From: Picochlorum sp. SENEW3
Taxonomy: Eukaryota
Length of the DNA stretch: 64,000 nt
Assembly: GCA_034226945.1 (NCBI GenBank)
Contig: CP120454.1
Span: forward strand, 248,001 to 312,000
Reading direction: 5' to 3'
The position numbers and the translations under genes were made by a program. Numbering within the stretch: position 1 is the stretch's first letter; each line of letters begins with the position of its first letter. Below the pieces are notes generated by a model, which saw only the letters and a list, made by a program, of their open reading frames with translations, ran no database searches and had not been told where the DNA came from. Of this stretch, positions 45,305 through 55,365 are shown piece after piece.

Positions 45305-47362
45305 TTACCAGATCGTGGCACGTTTTGCTGCATTCAATGGCGGAACATGCTCAAGGATCTCTCGTTCAACTGCTGCATTTTGAATCCACATGGCGACCTT
45401 TCTTGCCTTTGTCTCACCTTTTTTCAACGATATAATGCGCTTAACTTCGTTTAAGGTCGAATGAGCTGGATCCAATTGGTGTGACCATCCCTCCAAGACT
45501 AGCGTTGTCACAACAGTGGCACAGATGTGTCCTGGGAGTGAAACATGATGCAATCGCACCATCTCCAGCACAGTGGCCAACGCTTCAGCCCCGCTCGATG
45601 TATTTCCTTCATCAAAAAGATGTTTTGATCTCATCTCATCAAAATGATTGCACAAGTCATTCCTGAAATCTTCTGGATCGGGACATGTCTGTTCATCTCC
45701 TGCAAAGCTAAGCACCCAATCTGCAATATCCCCAGCATCAAGTCGTGAGAACGCCTCAAAAAGACCAACCATGTTCATTTGATCCGTTTTTGATAGCTGT
45801 GTGCACATTCCAGCGTCCAAAAGAACTATGGAAGGTCTCAGGAAGGAATCCATGTTCAACTCCAGTCCCATTGATGCCATGGCCTTGCTCAGCCTAGCCC
45901 AACATTTCATACCCCATGTGCCCCCGACGGGTTCTAGATTCACAAGAATGTTGCCTGGATGAAGATCTGAGTGTACTAAATTATCTACAATAAGCATGTG
46001 AAGCATAGTCCGAGCACCTATCTGAGCCAAGTCTGTGTTGTGAGGACTACCAGCCCCTTTGGCAACATAGGCTGATATATGTTCTCCTGGTTCAAATGTT
46101 TCGACGAGCACGGTCGGAGACACGAGAGGATAGAGTGGAACTGGGAATCTCACCGTTGCCTCTTTCCTAAAATTGTAATTGAATGCATGGAGATAAAATC
46201 CCTCTTTAGACAAATCCACCTGCTCCCTCAACGGCGCTGCAAACTGCTTCAAACTCTCCTCCAATCTCAGATTCTTCAATGCAGGCAAATTACTCAATAA
46301 CCGAGCTACAGAAGTCATCAATGCAAAGTCACGCTGAATAGATTCAGTCACTCCTGGATGGCGAACTTTGACAGCAACCACAGACCCCTGCTCCATGCCA
46401 GTCAACCTTGACCCCACCGCAGACACCTTTGCCCTATGAATCTGCCCGATACTACCACTTGCTACTGGCGATGTATTGAACTCATCAAACAGAACATTCA
46501 CCGGGAACCCAAAGGCTTCCTCAATCGTCGTCTCGGTCACACTAAAATCATGTGCCGGTGCATCCGAGTGCAACTTTTCCAGCTCTTTGCACATATCCCT
46601 TGGAAACAAGTCTGCTCTCGTCGCAGCCCATTGCCCCCACTTGATAAACGCTGGACCCGATCTTTCTAACGATGTACGAAGTAATCGCATCCAAACATCC
46701 CGCTTGACCCCGTACCCTAATGCAATGGGGGCCGTCAACACCACTGGTGAAAAGATAATCCACAGCCACGCGAGTCTCACGACATTCAGAATGGCGTTCA
46801 CAATGCCCTTTTTGGTCACTCTGAGCCACCCATGACTACCATCGCAACATAAAACATCCTCAATCTCCTCATGCAAGTGTTTTTCCCTCTCAGTAACAGG
46901 CACTGAATAACACCATGCCACTGGATCCCCACGAGTCAAGAGCTGTGCCATCAACACAGATACTAATTTCGTCCAATTCGTCGCTGGCTGCATTGCATTC
47001 AATGCGTTAATCAATGCAACCTTGTAATAATTATACGTCATCATCTTTTGCTCCACCCTCATCCAAGACTCTTTAAAGTAATAATACCGTGCATTCTTTC
47101 TTGTACTAGCCCACAGCTGCTGCGTCATCTGAGGCACCCCTGCATCATACCTCATCATCATCATCATCATACGTGTATGATGACTCATACACCGCCTCAA
47201 CACCACAGACGAAGACGAAGACGACGACGCCTTCATCATCTGAGCACACATGCTGGGCATGACATCCTGCACTGCCGTCCCCAGACCCACTGACGAGGAC
47301 ACCTCCAAGACACGGCGAACTACCTGACCCTTGGCCAGTCGATTCACTATACACCCCAGCAT
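45305..47362 (-). CDS. ABC1/UbiB atypical kinase, probably mitochondrial
   Basis: Motifs GPAFIKWGQWAATRADLF, ASGSIGQIH, VAVKVRHP, HSDLHPGN and LLDAGM. Confidence 0.92.
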   Translation of the reverse strand: MLGCIVNRLAKGQVVRRVLEVSSSVGLGTAVQDVMPSMCAQMMKASSSSSSSVVLRRCMSHHTRMMMMMMRYDAGVPQMTQQLWASTRKNARYYYFKESWMRVEQKMMTYNYYKVALINALNAMQPATNWTKLVSVLMAQLLTRGDPVAWCYSVPVTEREKHLHEEIEDVLCCDGSHGWLRVTKKGIVNAILNVVRLAWLWIIFSPVVLTAPIALGYGVKRDVWMRLLRTSLERSGPAFIKWGQWAATRADLFPRDMCKELEKLHSDAPAHDFSVTETTIEEAFGFPVNVLFDEFNTSPVASGSIGQIHRAKVSAVGSRLTGMEQGSVVAVKVRHPGVTESIQRDFALMTSVARLLSNLPALKNLRLEESLKQFAAPLREQVDLSKEGFYLHAFNYNFRKEATVRFPVPLYPLVSPTVLVETFEPGEHISAYVAKGAGSPHNTDLAQIGARTMLHMLIVDNLVHSDLHPGNILVNLEPVGGTWGMKCWARLSKAMASMGLELNMDSFLRPSIVLLDAGMCTQLSKTDQMNMVGLFEAFSRLDAGDIADWVLSFAGDEQTCPDPEDFRNDLCNHFDEMRSKHLFDEGNTSSGAEALATVLEMVRLHHVSLPGHICATVVTTLVLEGWSHQLDPAHSTLNEVKRIISLKKGETKARKVAMWIQNAAVEREILEHVPPLNAAKRATIW

Positions 47363-47986
47363 ATGTAGATGATATAGATAGATCAATACACCACGCTGCA
47401 AGAGCAACAAGGACACTCCTCTCAATGCCACTTGAACTGTATCTGACAATATCTCCTCTTATTCCAAGGGCCACCCAGTACCTAGGATACCCATTATATA
47501 ATATATCTACCCACTGTTACAAAGACTGTGTGTTCTACAACGTCAAGCACCCAGAACAAAACCCTGCTGCATACATGTACACCGTAGACTCCTAAACAGC
47601 ATACACCATTGATTCATTCATTATCTAGGTAGATATAGATGTCATAATTTTGGGATTTGTAAACAAGCATGCATGCTCGCATATCAATCCCTTTGATGGA
47701 ATTTCAGACCAACGTTCTCCGTAAAAAAGAATGAAGATCCTGACCTGTCGGAGGAACGATACACGACCACGTCGGAGCCCCGACAGGTGCTATTCTGTAA
47801 CGAAAGTACTTTATTACAAACCATTGTTTGTAATAGTGAAGGAATTGGTGCGAACAAGGGAGAGCTGACGCGGGTGTTTCATCGACGTACCCGAGGAGAA
47901 GATTCATCTCTGTTCGCCTTTGACAAAGCAAGCGTACCCTAGACATATTTAGAAAAGGGTATGAAGTAAAACGAAACAACGAGAGA

Positions 47987-48637
47987 ATGATTGTGGTGGA
48001 GAATAACACGAATTCGATAGTGACGAACGCGATGGTGTCCCATTTGGATGGACAGCGACAGCAATGTCAGCATGCTGCGTTTCATGCTGAGAACAGCTAT
48101 AGAAGTAATAACCATGGACCTATACGAGTGGGGAACTATGCGGTGCAGCAGCCCCGCAAGGGATTTAAAGGGGATACAGATCTCATGGTGGATGAATTGA
48201 TTTCAGCGTGCCAAAAGAATGAGAGTCAGCTGCAGGATGTAGGAGATTTGCAAAAGACGAAGAAGGAGCGGACTCTCGTGCCATTTTTCGCCGGAGGGGA
48301 GGCTGTTGATGGGGCGCTCTCCTCGGCGCTGGAGTGGCCAGTGGGACGGGGGAACAACCATCATCATGGAATGACTGTCAAGAATGGGCGCGTTAAGGCG
48401 CATGAAAAGAAGGATGATGCGAAAAGGAATAAAAAGGGGAAGAAGCAGGTGACTGGGGATGCGAATAATAAGCCTGCCAAGGCTGTGTTTCAGCAGCAAG
48501 GGTATGGCAAGCCTACCCACAAACAAGGTCATCATGAGCAGAGGCAGCAGCAGAAGGGGAGGTATGCCGGGCCAGCGTTTACTGTGAGTCCGGTGCCGGA
48601 AAAGTTACCAATGCCCTCGAAGCTCTTTTTGTCATGA
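47987..48637 (+). CDS. Low-complexity protein with C-terminal PNRC/Edc1-type motif (putative decapping activator)
   Basis: Disordered K/Q/H-rich body ending in YAGPAFTVSPVPEKLPMP. Confidence 0.7.
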   Translation: MIVVENNTNSIVTNAMVSHLDGQRQQCQHAAFHAENSYRSNNHGPIRVGNYAVQQPRKGFKGDTDLMVDELISACQKNESQLQDVGDLQKTKKERTLVPFFAGGEAVDGALSSALEWPVGRGNNHHHGMTVKNGRVKAHEKKDDAKRNKKGKKQVTGDANNKPAKAVFQQQGYGKPTHKQGHHEQRQQQKGRYAGPAFTVSPVPEKLPMPSKLFLS

Positions 48638-49010
48638 CACAACGATGCGGAGATGGAAGATTTTTGTTTTTCCGTTTGTTTTCTTCTTGTATGTATGCAG
48701 TACAGTAGTAGGTTGTTTCTGAACTTTGACAGAGGAATAGCCCTTGCGAGTATTAAGAGCAGTGAATGGGCTATTCATAGGCAGACCATGTATATTTGTT
48801 ATGTATTGTCGTGTCATTGGTGGCGCGACGAAGAATACACACACAAGTGCAAGGATACATCCTTGCGCAAATGTATTGGATGAGAAATGCCATCATGCCA
48901 AGCATGATGCATGTGGCGGAACAGGAAAAAAAGAAGAAAAAAAGAAGAAAAAAAATTTTTTTGCATGCATCAATGTATCAACAAGTCGTGTAAGTCGGAC
49001 ATGCATGCAA

Positions 49011-50005
49011 TCAATGGAGCACATGATGATTTGATTGTTCCAGAATATCCTCCTCATCGCTGTACAGGACTTCACCCTGTCGTTTTCTGTATCGAATCCT
49101 AGCAATCTCGTCATAGTCTACATCTACGAGCGAGGAATCTCGAGAAGCCCCTGCCTTTGGAACCTGTCCATTCTGAGTTTTTGTTGTAGCAGCCTGATGG
49201 GTACGTTCCAGCGCTCGACGCTGGGCATTTAGTTGCTCTATCAATTTCCTCTGTGCCTTGGCTTGCTTTCCTCTATTCGCCTTCTCCATATTTTTCAATC
49301 GCGCTTGAGATGTTACTATACGCTGCTTAATATCGAGAATCTGCTCTCTCGCATTCTGAGCCACATGCTCCCCACTAACTTTGAATTTCAGGGATGCGGC
49401 CCATGCGGCCCCAACAACAGCAATAGCTCCCAGCACACTACTCCATATGGGCATGCCTGAAGAAGAACAGTACTCTTTGATATTTCTCTCAATCAAATCC
49501 CTCATCTCACTGGGTGCTGTACCAGTATATGACTGCAACATGTATAGTTTTCACACATGACCAGGTTATTCTTGTTGTTAAACAAATATACAATGATGCA
49601 GCAACCTACGTCGACTAGTGTACCATCAAAATAGCACTGGTATGTTGGAACTCTCTTTATACCGGCCTCATTCGCTATATCCTGCGAAAAGAAACGACAT
49701 GTCTGAGAAAGACTGTCTACATACTATGATTGAGGCATCTACACACGTACTCCGTACTCATCAGTATCTACTTCAACAAATATTCCATTCTTAAACGACG
49801 GAAGAGCAGAATATCGACTAAAAATGGGACGAAGCTGTTTACAAGCCCACATGGACGTCTGATAAAATTGCACAAACACCACCTTTTTCGTGCCTCCCTT
49901 CTCCAATGCGGCCTTGAATTGAGATATACTCGTAATCGATCGGCATCGTGTCTTTGGTGCCGCCGTCTTTCGTGTCTGTGTCGGCTTTCTTCGCCTTGGT
50001 GGCAT
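49011..50005 (-). CDS. Atypical thioredoxin-fold protein with TM helix and coiled-coil tail; 3 exons, ~282 aa
   Basis: Exons 50005-49751, 49681-49610 and 49532-49011; phase-0 introns 49682-49750 and 49533-49609. The hidden 72-nt exon supplies DIANEAGIKRVPTY (cis-Pro motif). Also VFVQFY...CKQLRP and FVEVDTDE. Confidence 0.82.
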
Positions 50006-50113
50006 GTCGTTCGTTCCTTTTCACCTTTTCCGCTCCTCTGTCCTGATGCCGTCGTTTCACTATGGTATACTACACTTTTAAACTATTTAATTATTCATAC
50101 TGACATGATCTCG

Positions 50114-50977
50114 TCAGCGAGAGAGAATCATGAATGTGATTGGCACCTGCCTCTCTTCACCTTCATGGTCACTAACTTCCTTCGTCATCTTGGTACATTC
50201 CTCCGTTACTTCAAATCCAGACACCTTCATGAGTCCAATAAACTTTTCTCTATTCGCTCGAGCTCGTTTGGGTGGATCAGCAAGGATGATTGTGCCTCCA
50301 TCTTCTTTAACAAGTTCAGGCATGACTCTGGCAATTGGCTCAATACTGAATGCTTCATACAATACATCACACGCAACAATCACGTCAAATCCATGGGGAT
50401 TCCGAACTTGTTCATTCCAATCAAATATCTCTGCGTACACTGGTGTGTCATGCGGTGTGCCTCTCACATCTGAAAATGATGACACAATCTCAGGTGGGGG
50501 CTGAGACAATTGCAATCCATTGATATGCGCATTCAGCAACGAGCATTCCAACGATAACGGTTCTCTATCAAGAAACACGACTTCTTTTGCCCCAGCAAGA
50601 CCCGCACCGACACCCGCCAATCCCAATCCGGCTCCAAAATCTGCAACTCGTTGACCCTTTACCAACTGCCTGTCTACCAGCACAGATGACGCCAAAACCT
50701 GGGAGGATGGCCAAATGCATGTCCAATATGGATCTCGATCCTCCATCCCTGCTGAAATATACATATCCATGACATAATCACAGTCCACCGTGACTATCGG
50801 AAGGGTAGTATTGTCCATGCCCAAAGGGACATGCGACAATGTGCAAGGAACGTCATGAAGTGATGTAAATAGGTCACGTGTCGATGCATAACATCTTCTA
50901 TATCTATTTTGATGCCCAAAGATAGGTATCAGGTATCCATGAGGCGTGCTAGGCTTGATGAGCCCCTGCTTCTGCAT
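50114..50977 (-). CDS. Seven-beta-strand lysine methyltransferase (METTL21/Methyltransf_16-like)
   Basis: Motifs DPYWTCIWPSS, VADFGAGLGLAG, DW and FDVIVACDVLY. The start at MQKQG is inferred; an alternative is 51100. Confidence 0.85.
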   Translation of the reverse strand: MQKQGLIKPSTPHGYLIPIFGHQNRYRRCYASTRDLFTSLHDVPCTLSHVPLGMDNTTLPIVTVDCDYVMDMYISAGMEDRDPYWTCIWPSSQVLASSVLVDRQLVKGQRVADFGAGLGLAGVGAGLAGAKEVVFLDREPLSLECSLLNAHINGLQLSQPPPEIVSSFSDVRGTPHDTPVYAEIFDWNEQVRNPHGFDVIVACDVLYEAFSIEPIARVMPELVKEDGGTIILADPPKRARANREKFIGLMKVSGFEVTEECTKMTKEVSDHEGEERQVPITFMILSR

Positions 50978-51126
50978 GTCTTCCCAACGAAACACAATGC
51001 TCGTATTGTACACACCGAAATCTACCAAACGATCCCCATATCTACATGTCACTGTAATGCATATAATTTTACATTCGCAACGGGGATGGTAATGATACAT
51101 GCTACATCCTTGTGTTCCACTTTTCT

Positions 51127-52080
51127 TTACTTTGTCATCAGACTGGGATCCATAGGGGTCACTTGCGGAATGAGCTTTGACACTCGTTGTTGATAGTCCC
51201 TATACTCCGGATATTTGCTAGAAGATATCGCTTCTGTAAAATTAGTACTGCCCTGGAATAAGAGAATGAGCCCAACCGGACCTGCCAACCACCATCCTAT
51301 TGGCGACCCAGTTGCTGCTGTCGCAAAGAAACACATGGTACACCAAAAGCTTTGCTCTGCGAAAAAGTTTGGATGCCTCGAGTGCGCCCAAAGCCCCTCC
51401 CTGAGAAATCCGACTTTCTTCTCCTTCATTGATAACCGCTTCTGAGCCTTTCTTGTATGGAAATCCCATTGCTCTTGATCTGCAACTGCCTCGACAATGA
51501 GGCACATGACTGATGCCACAATCCCAATGGCATCATACATGTTGAAGCCTACTGGCGTGTTCTGAACAGACGACATATACCATGATATGTACAATGGCAC
51601 CACAAGTGACGTCAGGAGTATGTTTTGAATGATGGCAATGAAGAAAAAGTTGAAAATCTGATACACCACTGGACTCATTCGCTCCTTGAGGATGGGCCAC
51701 CGATAATCCTCTCCGTCCCATGCATACCCTCCTTTTCTCCAGAAATTATACGTTAGTCTGACACCCCATACAGTGATGATACATGACACGACGGCTGCCC
51801 GCGGATATGATCCCGTGGATGTTTGTAATTCAGCCAGACCAAATGTCCAGGCATAATACACTGGCGCAATAGACCATATCTTGTCAACCCAGCTATACTG
51901 ATCCGTGATAAACCCCAGAATGAAGACAGCGATGATGATGAATACAGTCATCGATAGGGTATTTACCACAGGATTGCTATTCGTCAAAGCATTCGTAACA
52001 CATGAGATCGACTGGTGATGGGTCACAAGGTCTCGAAATAACGACACTGTGGAGGAAAGTGCCGTCCCAAAAGAAGCCAT
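51127..52080 (-). CDS. DUF1295 (steroid 5-alpha-reductase-like) membrane protein
   Basis: Motifs YSWVDKIWS, WGVRLTYNFWRKGGY...EDYRW, EAVADQEQW, GLWAHSRHPNFF.E and KYPEY..YQ. Confidence 0.92.
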   Translation of the reverse strand: MASFGTALSSTVSLFRDLVTHHQSISCVTNALTNSNPVVNTLSMTVFIIIAVFILGFITDQYSWVDKIWSIAPVYYAWTFGLAELQTSTGSYPRAAVVSCIITVWGVRLTYNFWRKGGYAWDGEDYRWPILKERMSPVVYQIFNFFFIAIIQNILLTSLVVPLYISWYMSSVQNTPVGFNMYDAIGIVASVMCLIVEAVADQEQWDFHTRKAQKRLSMKEKKVGFLREGLWAHSRHPNFFAEQSFWCTMCFFATAATGSPIGWWLAGPVGLILLFQGSTNFTEAISSSKYPEYRDYQQRVSKLIPQVTPMDPSLMTK

Positions 52081-52290
52081 ATTCTGCATGCAAGACACAC
52101 AAATGTTTCTCATTAGGCTACTACTGTAGTCGTATATTGAGTCCAGATCTCCCTATATCAAACTCGACCTGGATCTCTCATGTCAACCAAAAAAACAACG
52201 AATTCATTCTTCTGAGCGTACGTATTATTATTCTTGACGAAACTATATCCGTTTACTAAACGAGTATTACAATATTTACAACAAGTATTA

Positions 52291-53916
52291 TTATGTGCGC
52301 TTCGGCGACAGTCGAAATGTGTAAAAATCATTTGCAAGGTAGACTCGTGCATTGCCAGCCGTGGCACGGGCCTCTTCCTGGAGGGTCGCCACGGATGAGG
52401 ATTGCATTTCACCTACAGTCATTCCCTTCTCTCGAGCAGTTGTCCACATCTTCTTATACTTATCAACTTGATCATATCGTGCTGAAAAGTGGGTGAGAAC
52501 TAGATTTTTTGCTTTGACTCTGCGAGCAAAGCTTCCTGCCTGAGAAGAGGTGGAGTGGGTGGCAATTCTGGCCTTGTCCTCCATTCCATTCTTGTAGGTT
52601 GCTTCGTGCGATAGCAGGTCGCATCCCATGGCCGGCTTTGCAATTGCTTCTGAGTTGCAGGTATCTCCGAGGAGGACAATCTTGCGAGGATTGATGCCCT
52701 GGGCTGGGGGTTCTTCAAACACATATCCCCAGCATGGCATTCTATGCTGTAGTTGGGCAGCGGTCACCCGCAATTTGTTGTCTAATTGCGTGGACCATGT
52801 CATACCTCGTTGAACTATTTGATCTGACCCAGCATCATATGCCTTTTGCCATTCGCGTGCCTGTCGTAGATCAAGAGCCTGGTGTTGGTCAGGGCCTTGC
52901 AGCGCCAATTGGAGCAGAGGCAGTCCAGGCACCGCTGTGGGTGCCTGTTGCTTTTGAGGATCCAAGACCCAACCTGTAACAATGACGGGCATTGTCAACT
53001 GCATCTGAGCTGCTTTACATGAGGCAACCACCAACCTATGCAGCTCTGGAGGCCCATAGATGTAGACTGGCTCCTTCTCTCTTGGTGTGCCCTTTCGAGC
53101 ATTCATAATTGTACTCAATCCACCGGAAATACCAAAGCAATGATCCCCATGCAAATGTGTAATGAACATATGGGATATTGTAGCAGGATCAATCTGTGCA
53201 GACCTGAGTTGATTTCTAGTGCCTTCCCCACAATCCACAAGGACGACAGTATCGGAATTCAGACTCAAAGCCATACTAGAAACATTCCTCCGCGATGTCG
53301 GTGCACCGCTACTCGTGCCCAGCCACGTCACATGAAACGTCTCATGAGCCAATAATGAAGAGACACCATTGATGGATGGAGCAGAAGAAGATGCTGTATA
53401 GCCATTACTGCTAGTGTTGTTGTTGTTCTTCTTCTTCGTCTCCAGAGGAGATGCAGATGCAGAAGAAGAAGGAGCAACGGACGCGCTCTTCGTATCACTA
53501 GAACTGAGTATTCTATCCACAAGGACGGGTTTTGTACCCGTATCAGACAGCCCCAGTGCATCACACACCATCCTCAGCTGCCCAACCTTGCACTTGACCA
53601 GTGCAGACTTTTTCACACCACCACCCTCCCTCAACTGACCAACCAACTCATCCACAACATCCCCATCTTCTTTCGTTACATCCAATGCATACAATCGTGT
53701 ATCCAGAAGAGATCCATGATGATACCGTCGAGAATGACTCGAGTGAACATGTACCAATGTCTCGGCAAAAGACACTCGTACACCCCTATAGCCTCCAACA
53801 TAACTACGAGGCAAGATATTCATATTCGTATTCCTTACATCCCCTGCTGTTGCGCGTGATAGGAACGATGCGCATCCCATTCGACCACGCATGTATCCTG
53901 CCATATCGCCTCTCAT
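52291..53916 (-). CDS. Ribonuclease Z (short, bacterial-type metallo-beta-lactamase) with transit peptide and SAP domain
   Basis: Motifs LGTSSGAPT.RRNVS, DCGEG, THLHGDH, GDT, HEAT, HST and THFSARY; SAP-like KVGQLRMVCDALGLSDTGTKPVLVDRI. Confidence 0.88.
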   Translation of the reverse strand: MRGDMAGYMRGRMGCASFLSRATAGDVRNTNMNILPRSYVGGYRGVRVSFAETLVHVHSSHSRRYHHGSLLDTRLYALDVTKEDGDVVDELVGQLREGGGVKKSALVKCKVGQLRMVCDALGLSDTGTKPVLVDRILSSSDTKSASVAPSSSASASPLETKKKNNNNTSSNGYTASSSAPSINGVSSLLAHETFHVTWLGTSSGAPTSRRNVSSMALSLNSDTVVLVDCGEGTRNQLRSAQIDPATISHMFITHLHGDHCFGISGGLSTIMNARKGTPREKEPVYIYGPPELHRLVVASCKAAQMQLTMPVIVTGWVLDPQKQQAPTAVPGLPLLQLALQGPDQHQALDLRQAREWQKAYDAGSDQIVQRGMTWSTQLDNKLRVTAAQLQHRMPCWGYVFEEPPAQGINPRKIVLLGDTCNSEAIAKPAMGCDLLSHEATYKNGMEDKARIATHSTSSQAGSFARRVKAKNLVLTHFSARYDQVDKYKKMWTTAREKGMTVGEMQSSSVATLQEEARATAGNARVYLANDFYTFRLSPKRT

Positions 53917-54762
53917 TCCTCGCCGTCTTCTGAGATAGAAGCAAATGGATATTTGCTATTCACATTTAATGAATAAACAAGTACGCCATGTCATGAATCA
54001 AATTTGGTCATGGTAGTATCCAGCTAGCTGGACACCAGCTACATGTACATCGCAGTATCTCTGAATGAATCGGCTACAAAGCCATGGGGTACATGATCAA
54101 GAGCGCAAGGTCCTCTTCTCATGCATGGAAGCAGTCTGCTCCCATGTATGTATGTGTCTTGGTGCCACCAAGAAGGTGGTGATGGTCGTTGGCAACGTCC
54201 ATCCATCACACGCGTATACCTCGGCGACACACTGGATTTGACCGAATCCACCATTCAGAAGTGATACCTGTATGCGAGATCAATCAGTTGGACACGCTTC
54301 ATGATGTATGAATACGAGGCTGTCATTAGATTGCTCAACACACGTATATACATACATCTTTCACGTGATTTACGGATGTGCATGGAAAAGTAGTCACCTT
54401 GAAAACAAAACAGACACGGAAGACTCTGTACGCTTTGGAAAAAAGTACTCTCTGTGGCAGTGTAATAGCACAGAATTCCAGGATAAACATATATATATAT
54501 ATGTGTTGAGCGAGGGGATACTTCGGGATCATTGTCTGTGCCAGCAGAAAACAATCAATCAATCACAGCAAACAAGAAGAAGAAGAAGAAGAACACGACG
54601 AGCGCAACTCTGCCTGTGGTTGTTCGGTTGAGGTTGATCTCACATAGTAGATAATTGATACGCGTTTTGTTATTAGTTGACACAGATTCTGTGGTGACGG
54701 GGTTTGTGATTGCACGTCTCAAAGGGACGACCTGATAGAGGACAAGCAGTGGTCGTCCTTGT

Positions 54763-55356
54763 ATGCGACCAATGTATGGGAATACGCATGTAGATGGGCA
54801 TCAAATGGGGCAACAGAATGATGATAGCGGCAAGAATGAGTCTACTGTGGTAGATCAGTGGCTGCATAGGGTGAAGAGAACGTATCAGGTGCTTTTGGAC
54901 AAGAGTACCCCACGCACCCTGTACAGATGGATTGGATGGGCTGTGCTCTTGATGATATATTGTGTCAGAGTATTCTACCTGGAAGGATTTTATATTGTGA
55001 CGTATGCCATGGCAATATTCAACCTGAATTTGCTGTTGGGATTCCTGACACCGCTGGAAACCCCAAGGGATGATGGGCCAGGACTGCCATCCAAGGCAAA
55101 TGATGAATTTAGACCATTTGTCAGGCGGCTGCCAGAGTTCAAGTTCTGGTATGCGAGTATTCGTTCGGTGGTGATGGGATTTTTTGCGACATTCTTCCCC
55201 ATTTTTGATGTTCCAGTGTTCTGGCCAATCCTGGTCATGTATTGGCTGGTGCTCTTTTTTGTGACCATGAAACGGCAGATTAAGCATATGATTAAATATA
55301 AATATGTTCCCTTTTCGTTTGGGAAGAAGAAATATGGCAAATCAGGAGCAATGTAA
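54763..55356 (+). CDS. RER1: RER1 Golgi-to-ER retrieval receptor
   Basis: Motifs EFRPFVRRLPEFKFWY, FDVPVFWPIL and TMKRQIKHMIKYKYVPF. The start may be a nearby downstream ATG. Confidence 0.96.
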   Translation: MRPMYGNTHVDGHQMGQQNDDSGKNESTVVDQWLHRVKRTYQVLLDKSTPRTLYRWIGWAVLLMIYCVRVFYLEGFYIVTYAMAIFNLNLLLGFLTPLETPRDDGPGLPSKANDEFRPFVRRLPEFKFWYASIRSVVMGFFATFFPIFDVPVFWPILVMYWLVLFFVTMKRQIKHMIKYKYVPFSFGKKKYGKSGAM

Positions 55357-55365
55357 TAAATTAAT

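Noticed and set aside
49730..50473. 247-aa plus-strand ORF
   Set aside because: Antisense shadow of two well-supported genes, with no recognisable motifs.
50114..52080. Possible DUF1295-methyltransferase fusion through a phase-compatible 89-nt intron (51042-51130)
   Set aside because: DUF1295 ends at its normal C-terminus, a TGTAA signal follows (51069-73, minus strand), and the methyltransferase has its own ATG and presequence-like start. Two genes is simpler; RNA-seq would settle it.
54673..55287. 204-aa minus-strand ORF
   Set aside because: Antisense shadow of RER1.
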